From positions 2,108,001 to 2,172,000 of the forward strand of contig OZ287070.1 of NCBI GenBank assembly GCA_965645245.1: a DNA stretch of 64,000 nucleotides, in the 5' to 3' direction. How positions within the stretch are numbered: the stretch's first letter is position 1; each line of letters opens with the position of its first letter. Of this stretch, positions 49,825 through 60,918 are shown piece after piece. The notes under the pieces were generated by a model. The model did not search any database. It was not told the DNA's origin and was given only the letters and a program-made list of their open reading frames with translations. Source of the stretch: Massalongia carnosa (taxonomy: Eukaryota). The position numbers and the translations under genes were made by a program.

Positions 49825-50170
49825 ACTTACCTCATTAGCTTCATTTCTCAGGTTGGGCCCTGCCACCGCTAAATCCTTTGAAAGGGGGCATGTAGCTTGT
49901 TTGAGAAAATGGGGGTTCTGATATCAAGAGAGGAATACTGGTATCAAGAGGGGGGTTTACTGGTATAAAGAGGGGGGTACTGGTATTAAAAGGGAGGTGT
50001 TGATAGTAATTCCCTTCTTATTATCCCATCCTTTCTTATTTACCCCCTCCGTCATCCTTTTCTATTCACCTCCTCTCCCCTTTCTAATCATTCTTTATCT
50101 TCCTTCCTGCTTAAGAAGTAAGCATCTTTAAAAAAAGGTTAGCTAGTTCAAAATCGAAGTTTAAATCAAC

Positions 50171-51214
50171 TTACCACTTCTTTTGAGTCTTCTCCAACTC
50201 AATTTGTAGCCTCATCATCTTTTCCTCGTGTTGCATTCTACTTATGGCAATCATTTCTTCCTGTTTGAGACAAATCTCTTTATGATGTTGATCTCTTTGA
50301 CTGGTTTCAGCATCAAACCGCTTTTGAAGTTGAATTTGTTCGAATTCAAAGTGTTTACTGAAGTCATTGGACTTCATGATCTGCACCTCAACCAAGGCGT
50401 CTGCCACGGATCGGACTTTTTCCCGTCTGAATCCTCGTTTGGTAATGACTTTTGATCGCGTGTCATCACTGTCCGAATCTATCTCCAAAGGTCGTTTACG
50501 ATGGCCACGACCAGGTGTAGGTGTAATTTGTTCAGTACCAGAGTCAGGTGTGACTTTTTTATTCCTGAGTGCATACTTTTCTTTGGCACGTTTAACCAAA
50601 TCAGTCTTTGATTTTGAGATATCATCTTCTAGCCAATGACCAGCATCAGATAACTGCCTATTCATGTCGCTATCACCGTCTCGAGCCGGTTTTTCATAGT
50701 CCTCCTCATCGATGTTTTCAACTTCCGTATCTTCCGCATCTTCTTTTCCTTCAGCGGTACCAGGTCTTTCGGACTCCATTATGTAGGGTGGAGTGATAGT
50801 GGGAAGATCTCCCATAATCTCTTCCAACTCGTAGTAGAAAGGGCATTTCTTAATCAAGACCTCCTTGATGGTTATTCCCCGCGTGTTTTCCGCCACTACC
50901 TCATGTTTTGTTGGATCTACCCCCCATCCCGTCTGATCCGCGAGGGCCCTGGTTTCTTTGAAAGATTTAATCATTTGGGCGACTTTATCTCTGGCTTTTT
51001 CCTTGGATACATCGGGTCGTTGAGCACTCAGTCCAGACTCCAACAGCATTCTTCTACAAGCTTCTACCTTGTTTCCTTTTTGATAGAGATAGAGATTGAC
51101 GGAAATACCCTGATCGTCTCTGATACAAAGCCATTGAATGACTAGTTGAGTGTCTTCATCTTTCCCACGGATATTGGGACCTCGAGATCGAGTTGGAAGA
51201 GTGATGGACGTCAT
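50171..51214 (-). CDS. Harbinger-associated Myb/SANT(trihelix)-like DNA-binding protein, 347 aa
   Basis: Open ORF inside the TIRs, convergent with the transposase. The pattern WL..KVAQMIKSFK..QTGWGV..IKKCPFYYELEEIMGD and a C-terminal coiled coil fit the second protein of PIF/Harbinger elements. Confidence 0.85.
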   Translation of the reverse strand: MTSITLPTRSRGPNIRGKDEDTQLVIQWLCIRDDQGISVNLYLYQKGNKVEACRRMLLESGLSAQRPDVSKEKARDKVAQMIKSFKETRALADQTGWGVDPTKHEVVAENTRGITIKEVLIKKCPFYYELEEIMGDLPTITPPYIMESERPGTAEGKEDAEDTEVENIDEEDYEKPARDGDSDMNRQLSDAGHWLEDDISKSKTDLVKRAKEKYALRNKKVTPDSGTEQITPTPGRGHRKRPLEIDSDSDDTRSKVITKRGFRREKVRSVADALVEVQIMKSNDFSKHFEFEQIQLQKRFDAETSQRDQHHKEICLKQEEMIAISRMQHEEKMMRLQIELEKTQKKW

Positions 51215-51296
51215 GTTTAATGATTAGGAATGATCAAGATGGAGATGATAATAATTGAGTTAAAATAAACCAGCTAAGATAACCTAAATAACGTGA

Positions 51297-51416
51297 CTCA
51301 GCCCTACTTTTCGAAAATTAAAACCTGAAAACCTGAGATTCCGGACCCATGAGACCGGACTCATGAGACCGGAATTTCAGGTTTTCAGGTTTTAATTTTC
51401 GAAAAGTAGGGCTGAG
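51297..51416. repeat. 120-bp palindrome (48-bp arms) in the Harbinger right subterminal region
   Basis: Arms 51297-51344 and 51369-51416 with 1 mismatch. The centre is a CCGGAC(C/T)CATGAGA tandem. Confidence 0.93.
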
Positions 51417-54400
51417 AATTTATACCTAAATAGGTTTAATGTGCTTACATAAAAAACCTGAAACCCTGAAAACCTGAAAACCTGGCCAAAAAAACTCAAC
51501 CGTGAAAACCCCTATTGTTTAGAGCTATATTTGTACGAAAATTGTATGAAGTAAAGGCTTCAGCATCTAAGACAGTCAAAAAGTGATATTTTCGGATTTT
51601 CTTAGTCCCATTGAGCGGTTTGTCCCGTTGACTAGTGAATTACGTTAAATGAAATATATGAGGAAATGCAAAGATTCAAAAACTCCCCTTCACTCACCCA
51701 CTAACTTATTCGAAGAATCAATGGCAAATGAGGTTCACACTCCAGATAATCCCTGAGCTGTTTATATACGTCGGCCTGTCTATCCTATCATTATGTATTA
51801 CTAAGACCCTAATGCATGCCTACCATGCTTCAATGAGCTTGGTACCGAAGTCTAGAGTGTGCTTTCGTTTCAAAAATCGATGGTTTCGGATGTGCTTGTA
51901 GGTGAAGAATAGCAAACGAGGTAATGAATAAATCTATCGTAGGTTTCCCGAACGAACGGATACTTCGGACTCGCAAGTGCTCTTAAATGGAGCATGGTTG
52001 TGGAAACCGATTTGGAGTCCAGCAAAGGTCAAGCCATCTATTCTTTTGTGCACACTTATTTCAATTTCTCTAAATTACGAAGCGGTTCTCTCGCATCAGA
52101 GTTTGGTCGATGCTCTTTCTGTTCGCTGAAGCTTCTCTCATGTGTCTCGTCTCTTCTCTCCTTTGATTTTAAGGACCAGGTTGTCTCAGATGGTATTCGA
52201 AGAAGAGGAAATGTAGTTAGGCGGTTCATATAGCCAGGTAAGAGAGTAGATATGTAAAACTCCACCCGCCTAACCAACGACGACGATATTCCCGTCGCTA
52301 TTGCTCGAAAGGAAATATGCGGGAGCCCTTCTTAAAATCCTCCCAACAGCTACTATATATACAGGACTCTTCTGTTCTAGCCGACGAGGGCGCAGCATCT
52401 CGTTCGTGGTCGGAAGAGCTTACGCTAAAAGGCACAGATCTCGTGTTTCATTGCGACAACAACGACAAACACCGGGGTTCGTATTATAGAATTATCGGCT
52501 TGCCGCGTTTGATGTTGTAGCTAACATGTTGCAATTGACTGGTTATAGTCTCCGGGCGAGGAGGCCTAGCCACCCCTTCCTCCAGTTCTGATATTGTAAG
52601 TAGAGGCTCTACGGAGTAAGAGCAGTAGAATTGCTTATTTTGACGCAGGCCAAGCTTTGCTTTTTTTTGCTTTACGAATCTGCCTATTTACTGGCCTCAA
52701 ATAACACATTTTTCCAACCCTTTGAGATTACATTTCCTCTCATATTAGCCAAATAAGAATCGGGGTTATTTCTGTAGAATTCCGATCGTTGCAGTGGAAA
52801 ATGCATTAGGATCGTCAGTGGGTCATTTTGTCGTCTAATCGTTTTTTAAATTGTAGTACTTCTCCTTCCAGGCCTAAGCATCGAATAACTAAGCCCCGTC
52901 AATGCTGGGCGACGCCTTGCTCCCGAAAAAGAAAAAAAAATAGTATCTCAACTTAAGCCTCTTGAGCCACAAGAAAACCATTGGAAAGTATACGAATGGG
53001 CCAGTTGGAACTTCTCGACTCGTAAATATTAATGTATTTGGAAGTTCATCTCCACCAAAGCATCATCTGTAAAAGGCAGGGCAGTTTCGACGTGTTTGGT
53101 TGTAGTAAAGATATCGTTTCTTTGAAATATACCCCTTCAAAATATCTAGCGAACTCGGTCATTGGCTAGGTTGGCATTCGGCCCGTATAGTAGTTGCCTT
53201 CCGGTCTGGCTTTTTTGCTTCGAGGCTTGCTTCTGTTCTTTCTTGTTTTTGTCTCTCATCTTTGCTACCTCTAGGTCGAACCATACCCAACGGCCTGGGA
53301 GTATAACGCATGCCGGCGATCATCTGGCTTTTTCCGAACACAAGGAAGATCGATCGATCTTCGTAGTAGACTTTCCATTCTTTTGAGTTGTTCTCCCCTT
53401 GCTGTCTACTTTGCGCTATCTCATGGGGCTTTTATTTTGTTTCTCAGGCATAACTAGATCAAGTAGTTGAGATAAGCGAATATACATGCAAGCGGAAAAG
53501 TACGAAAGGAAAAGCCGGGATTTTCTTGTTGCTCTTCCCGGATTGCCGGACTTGGTAGCTTTTCTATGGTAATAGTTCCCTATAAGATCTCCACGGCAAG
53601 AATTCTACCCATATCAGAGTACGTGTGTGTTAACCTGATGATATTCCCTTATCAGCTCGCTCAATTCGGTTATAGAGTAGTACTGAACAAAACCGTGGTA
53701 TTTTTCTTTCCTCACCAGTTTCGGGCCCCCAATATTCGATCCGATCAACCCCTGTACTGGATTGTGTAAAAATAAAAACGGGAAAAAAGGCACCTAAGGT
53801 TGCAGGGTCCAGGCGGCAAGACATCAATGATGTATATAAAAATGTATAGTATATATCTGTCTCTCTGAGTGGGGAGTATATAGCATATCAGCAGCCGATA
53901 TGTGCAACGGGAAAGCAACATAAAAAGAAGTCCCCAACGAAACGTCGTCATATTCGCCCTGGAGAAAAGCGAAGCCTGAATAAAAAACCCCTCATTGTGC
54001 TTATGAAGCTCTATTTCGGAGTTCTTCAAGCGTTCTCGATCTCGGATAGCGAGCAAATGAGTGAGGGCTTTTCGTAAAAAGTCGTTTTCCATTGTCTTCG
54101 AAGTCTTCCCGCAAGCAGCAACAGCGCAATTTTCTCAATGCTGCGAGCCTTGTGTTGTTCGTTTTTTTTCCCGAGGTTCAAACGAGACGAGAAACAAAGC
54201 ATTTTCCAGAATTGATGTATGGACAGCACTTTTCTATTCTCTTGCTCCGCATGACCTCTCCATACGTATATATCCCTTCTCTTGAATATGCTAACAAGAA
54301 CTTAGGGTCGGAACCCTCCTCTCTCTTCGCCTAACATCTTTTCGTGTATCACTCTTGGAGGAGACTCGGTGCAGACGTGGGATGATATGTTGCCATTTGG

Positions 54401-57400
54401 AGTGTGACCCCTTCTCGGTAGAGCCCGTTCGGAAACTCGGCGATCGGAGTCGGTATTTTCCCACTGAACGGAGTTGAATGGACTTGTTGTCTATACGTGG
54501 GAACAACTCTGCCGTTAGCTAATGGATATTTGGGCGTAGGCTTGTCACTACTGCCCCCTTTTCATGAAGAGCCAAGACCGAATCATTAGCTTATCGGGGT
54601 ACTTGAGTTTCAGATTAGGTAAAAGATTATTTCTTTGTCTTTACAATCTCAAGTAACTCTTAAATCTTTTTCTCTTTTTCGTAGGACTGAGAGGTTGGGC
54701 TATGTAGACAAGGCTCTTTTTCATAGAACGCAACAAATTGCAGAATGACATCCTCAGTCTCGCTCTATCACCAGCTTTGATGCTGGCTACGCTCTTCACA
54801 TTCTTTTCCTGTGCTTTCACCCCAAACACGTTGAGAAAGCTGGGCCGCCAAACATATATCATGTGCGGACTTGAATAGTGCTGCAATGCGTCTTTCATAC
54901 CCACCTTATTCTCATTTACGGAAACCCACCACTCTTACGGCCTAGGCAAACCTAGCCGAAATCATATGAGAACGCGGGGGAGGCAGAACGCGAGGAGAGA
55001 GAATGTAAGGAGACAATAAGCGGCGAGCGTATGAGGCGACGAGGCGACGAGGCGATGAAGGGATCAAGGAAGAATAAAGGAGATGATGAAAAGGCTAGAG
55101 GGCGAAGACTCGATAATGCCAAACAATCCAGAGATTATAAAAGGCAAATTTCAAGAGCCACGAGGCGACGAGCTCTATGAACAGTCCACCGTTAATATAA
55201 CACCAAGCATAAAATCCGCACAAAATCCACACATACCGGTTGTGCAACCCCGCAACTTTATTGTAAGAATTTTATGCAACCCAATGCCAAGAAAACAAGT
55301 GCAATCGCTGCGAAGATGGCACTGAACAGCATGGTGACAGGATGCCTCTTTTAAACGACCGACCCTTTCCCTATCACGCGCAACAATCGGTAAGATTTAT
55401 AAATGCATCACTCCACTCACGCATTCATTGCCGGGGTTGGAATGACGCAGCATACAGCAAGAATTTCCATCATAAGCATGACGGGCCCCCCAGAATGTTT
55501 AGGTGAAGGTTTAAGCACCTGGAACAGGCTAAATCTATCGATCTTGGCTGGAGAGGATACTAAATAGACGGGTCCCGACTGTTGTGTAGGGGTGCACCCT
55601 TCTCAACACTCATATCATTCTCTTGCAACGTGAAACCCAATAATAAATAGCCAGGAGTTTTCTCGCAAGATCAATGGGTGCTGTGGAGTTTTTAATTATG
55701 TATGTTGCAGTGACATTTCCATAACCTTCATCTTTAGGAACTGAAATATAAATCAAGAAATAGGTCACAAAATTTATTGCTTGTAGGTTTCACCAGTGTG
55801 TGCTGCCGCGTTTACTCTCAACACAACTCATCGAAGTGGAGGGTGGTTAGTGTCAAATGGGCCGTCTCTAAATTTCTCGAGTGACCTGTAAGCTTTTTTT
55901 TTCAGGCTCCATTGTTGCTTATAAGATACCTAGAAAGAGAGGTGATCCTGGCGAGCCGAGAGGATATTGTAAGTACATAACACTGGACCCTTCTAACTTG
56001 CCCTCGAAGAGTAAAATATGAATGAAACCTCAAACCTATTATTCGCCGAATGGCGTGCTGAACTTGACTTCATCGCGGTCCTTTGAATACGAGAAAATCT
56101 AGATTCTTAGGGGGTGGGAACAAGAATGTACTAAATAGAGCGGGTTTAAGTAATAAAGAAAGGAAGCTTGAGTGAGTGCTTGAGTATATGAAACGGAGCT
56201 AAATGAGATGAATTTAATGTAGGAACATGCCCTTCTTGCTCTTCGAGATGGGCAAAACGATCTTAATCTCTAAGGCGACGAAGCGCTTGGGCGATTTCGA
56301 CAGATTAATCCCTCGATGAAACTGGGTTTTGCGAGACTTTAGCTTATAAAGCTCGTACCAAAAAGCTCGATTAAATAACCCTATTCAATATCGCTGATAG
56401 CATTGTAATACATTCTCGGTCAATTTGGATTCGTCTTCCTCGCCGGGTCGGATTTCGGTGGGTTTCTTTATCTTGATCTTAACACCGCCAACCTCGTTCC
56501 TCGCCCGGTCAATCATCCCACTGTGGCATGGTTCACTCTTTCTCCTGCTCGAAGGCATGACATCATCCTTGCACGTTTTCTCGTTTGCTAACGCGCTCTT
56601 GCTGTATTTCTTGCAAAACTCATAGTCCAATGCTTCGTTGAATTTCAGTATGCACTCAAATCTGAAGTGATGAAGCTTGGAATATTCGAGATTTTAGCAT
56701 TCATCGCGCGATATTTGCAAATACTCCAACAAATCTCGAAATAATGACTCAAACGAAATTTAAAGTAAAACCACTATTGTTCAATTGTAACGCCGTTGTA
56801 CTCTTTTCCAAAGCATGAGAATACCAACCGTCTCGTTCTTATTTTGAATTTCATCGGCGATAATTCGACCTCAACAACTTCTTTCCCGATATGTGGCCTT
56901 TCGGGTTGATCTGCGGCAATATTTTGATATAGCTGAAGTAAAATTTTCTTTAAGCACTATATCCACCTGATTATTACGGGAAATACATGTTAAGACACTT
57001 AATCTCTATTGACCCTCTTTTTAGCTATCTTAACAGTCGTTTGAGCCACTATATTCGATAATTCGCGTTGGTAAAAAACTTTTTGTTGATCTGAAGGCTT
57101 TAAAAAAAGAATTCATATGTAATCGAATTCGTAGACGGTCGAGAATTTATTGATTCCGCTTCTTATCTTTCAAACGCTCCTTATCAAAGAGCCTAGGGCA
57201 ATAGCGGGGCCAACTAGGAGGAAGCTTTTTATTCACTAAGGTAGTGGTGTTGGTTAGGGGGAGAAAAGGTGCGGAAGTGAGAGTTGTGAGCTTTTTGACG
57301 AGGATGGACATATTTTCAGTAGCCACTGCCCGTAACATGAAACTCGGGTTTTTCAATAGAAGAATAAGCAGTATAACTTAAGAGCGTTATAATATAAATT

Positions 57401-58894
57401 TCTTTAGAGTCCTTTGTAAGCACTTCGTTCCGAACATAGATGACATAAAATCCCTTTTCATCCCTAGAAGCGGGTTTCGCTGATAGGAGAAGTTTTCTTC
57501 GTCTTTGAGCTATCTTGAGTGATATATAGCCTTGAAGCAGATTTCCTTGGCATTGCAAGCCTTTGATGCAGGACTAGACATAAGCAAGGTTTTCCTGAGG
57601 GGCATTGCAATACGAACGTAAATATCGTTTGAGATTAATGTGTCGTTTAGTGCCGTAAAAATGATTAGAAACTGAGGAAACACAACGAAGGTCAGCGAGT
57701 CTTGAGAGAAATCTTGAGCCCAAGAAGTTGAACTTAAAGTGTAAATAATGATACGAGAAAATAAAGGCAAAGAAGCTTAAAAAGCCTTATCTAGAAGGAT
57801 CTTGAAGATTTGCATTTGTACTGAAGCCAAGCTCGGACGCGGGGTTTGTTAGTTTGGTTCGAGACTGTCAAACGATGTCCAGACAAGAGATGCCCATCCA
57901 ATGCCAAGTTTTTTTTATTAAAAAAAAACCCCCTCTTTCTTAATAGCGTTTCGAAGTCTAGTCTCTTGCAATCCCTATGGGAGATAAGAATCTTGAATTT
58001 GCCGTTTTACACATTGTAATCCAAGCATGAGAAGTAAGGGCTATGAGAGGTAAAGTCTCCATACGTGGAAATTAATAGAAACACTCGTTCCGAAAGCAGG
58101 ATATGAGAGAGATTTATAGCGTGATGTTTTATCCAATAGTTATTCTTAGTAGACTTCGCCTGATAAGAAAGTTGAAACCGTCCACTGTTTTTCATTATTA
58201 CACCTAGGTATTAAAAAGCATATCCGCTAACATCCTTAAGCTGACCCGTTAGCCTTGCGGTTCGTTCAAATGGAGATCTTCTTCATTCGTAAAAGAAGGC
58301 ATCTGATATTGGTGCTAGTTAAGCGGGATTTCAATCCTGAAACTATTGGGAAACATACCTCCATATATTTAATCTATGGATTCATTTGCCTTTTGTTTTT
58401 ATTCTTGTGGAAAGGTCAATGCCATTGTCTCTGTCCAGCAATTCTGATCTTGAATAAAAACCGAATGCCCTTTTAATAAGTGGGTATTGTAGGGTAGATT
58501 ATCAAGTCGTCTCTCTCTATGTTGAAGCTGGTCTGAATATTGTAGAAATTTGACGAGTTATAAAAGAGCTTACGATGCAATAGATACAATGGAGTTCTTT
58601 AGTATTTATTCCATGTGCTGCAACAAATAGGAGAAGGTTGCAGATCAAAGGAAACCCAAGAAATAGGCCTAGACGACCACGGATTTAGTATGCTTGCTTT
58701 TAATCCTGGGATTTATTGAGACAATTTTGGTACAATATGAAGAGCGTTTTATTTCCTCAATCTAGACCCAAAAGAAGAATGTAGGTAGGTTGGGAAGCAA
58801 AAAGGCACAATATCCATAGACTAGAATTCCCATGTTTGAGGGCGAAGTCTACTATTGAGCTATAGAAACTTCGAAATACCTAGGAAGTGTATCT

Positions 58895-59420
58895 CTAAGA
58901 TTTCTGAGCATCATGGCCCCAGTTTTTCAAGGACTTGTAGCTTTTGCTGTTGGTATCCTGCTTGGCCTTCTCCTCTTGCGCTAGGTGGCGCTTGCAATAC
59001 TGTGTAAAACTCCGTAAGCTGTGAGGCATCGATGTAGGTACCCTCATGGCCGCGTACCGCAACGACTCTTCGCATGTGTACGACGTCTTCTTCGTCATAC
59101 TTGTCCGGAACCTTGCTCGGGTTCTTCTTCAGTATCTCAACAACCTTACGACCGCTGATGTGAAACGGTGTGAGGACATTCCCTTGAGGACTTGCGGTTA
59201 AACTCAGGTTTACCTATCATGGCCGATAGTCTCATTAGATCCGTCGTCTTTGCTCCACCCTGCTCCTTGGGATTGCTCCTCCCTGAGCCATGTTTCTAAC
59301 TCGCCAGCTGTCATATTGACAAGCTCATTGAACTCCCTGTGAGATAAAATATTTAGCATCGTATTTGGATCCCTTGGTTGCGCATGCGTACTCAATGACA
59401 GTTTCATCGTCCTTGACCAT
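58895..59420 (-). CDS. DUF3140-family small protein, 4 exons
   Basis: Exons 59420-59392, 59336-59214, 59154-59058 and 58999-58895 splice to MVKDDETVIEEFNELVNMTAGELETWL..ETIGHDSGRKVVEIL..HMRRVVAYCKRHLAQ..SLKNWGHDAQKS. Confidence 0.88.
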
Positions 59421-60615
59421 ACTGAGCAGATGAGTTTTGAAAGACCGGAAACTAATATCGTAAAATACAAAATCTTGATGCGGATGGGTTTGATGCTACG
59501 GCAGAAATACGTAAACTCTGAAACAACTGACCGAAAAATAAGTAAAGATGATGAATAATCAAACGATCAAGCACCTAAACGAGGGGAAGTTGAGTTGTTG
59601 ATGACATCATCACTCCTAGCCCTAGTTCTTGAAGAAACGAACGGGCGAGTCAGGTACTAACACGTTAGCCAGCATTATCTATTAGCAATAACGAGTTCGT
59701 TCGAGATGCTCTCTCTTGGTGATAAACCGTTCGCATTCTGAACGTGTATTCCGATGGCGGCATGCCGCGAGAACTCAATATCGGAATCATATTCCCATCT
59801 TACCTTGTGAGACCCGATGTTCTCACTAGGTTACCATCAATTAGCTAGTAAGGGTATACTCCTGGAATCTTGTACGGATTACGACGTGTGAAAAGGGGGG
59901 GAAAGACCCTGGAACTGGGGAATGGGGGACTTGGGAATTGGGGGGGAGTTGGGGGTGGAGGAAGCCCTGAGGATCCACTGGATGCCAGCAGCCCTAGCGC
60001 CAAGCTTCTTTGGTCCTCGTCTAATAAGCTAGTGAGCTCAACTGTCACTTACCAGCTTCCTATACGCAGGAGCATGGGACACACAAAGGGATGAAGGATT
60101 GACAAGCTTGGCTCCGAAAAAAGACCTCGTATAAGGTAACACCCGTATTGTTTAATTCGTCAACGTGTACGGAGTACCTCTGTACAAAACTACACTCGGT
60201 TTCTTCGATCGAGCTTAACTACGGAGACAGTTCACACATCTGGCGAGGGAGAATTGAGTGAAAGATCCACTAAGAAACGTGATGGTCCCGTGCTTTGTGT
60301 TGTGTTATTCATGTACCTACTCCGTATGTGATCGTGAAGATTGGTGTTGGAGCAATCGCTGGCTGCAGGTGAACGGAGCTGGCGGCGCTAGGAATTATCG
60401 GAAAGCGTGTCGCGTTGTCCAACTATCGACCGGAACCCCTGTTAACGTCTGTTTCGCTGGAACTTTGTCCCCTGAGTGGAAAATAATTAATTTCCATCGC
60501 TGGGGCTGGATAGCCTTCAACAATTTCTCTCGTCAATCTTACTCTCACTTCTGTAACTTGTATTTCTGTAGGTCAAGATCATTCGAATCGTGCATCAAGC
60601 AGGCAACTCTGCAGC

Positions 60616-60663
<48 letters not shown>
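60616..60663. repeat. (CAT)16 microsatellite upstream of the MSB1-like gene
   Basis: Directly visible. Confidence 0.95.
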
Positions 60664-60665
<2 letters not shown>

Positions 60666-60918
60666 CCACCATCGCGCCCTCCCGCCAAACCCACGCTGCG
60701 AGGATCTACGCATCCTTCCGACCCTGCTTTCGCTTCTGCGCGCTTTGTCCTTACCCGCAATAAAAGCAGATCCCCACCAACCGAGAATTGATCAGGTACC
60801 TTGTTCACCGTTGTTACAAAGCAGCGTGCACGCTGGCTTTAGAATTGAAGCAGGAAGAACCAATGCCCAACACCAACCTTGAAACTCACATCCAGCCGTG
60901 AAATTTCCAGTGGTCAGC

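Larger units (their letters stand above)
47598..51513 (+). mobile_element. PIF/Harbinger (PHIS) superfamily transposon with two convergent ORFs
   Basis: Perfect 18-bp TIRs AGGGGTTTTCACGGTTGA at 47598-47615 and 51496-51513. 3-bp duplication ATT at 47595-97 and 51514-16. Subterminal TTTCAGG/CCTGAAA repeats at both ends. Confidence 0.93.
45381..51645 (-). mobile_element. Fot1/Pot2-type pogo-like transposon (about 2.35 kb without its insert), interrupted by a PIF/Harbinger element
   Basis: 44-bp TIRs starting ACGTAATTCACTA at 45381-45424 and 51602-51645 with 3 mismatches. TA at 45379-80 and 51646-47. Encodes a DD35D transposase. Confidence 0.93.

Noticed and set aside
8000..58800. Starship giant transposon spanning the gene-poor region
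   Set aside because: No DUF3435 tyrosine recombinase, convincing DUF3723 or boundary repeats were recognised, and ordinary host genes lie in the middle. It is not excluded for eroded sub-regions.
60258..60808. ORFs with poly-Ser (177 aa) and poly-Asp (87 aa)
   Set aside because: Both are produced by the (CAT)16 microsatellite in the MSB1 upstream region and have no other protein-like features.
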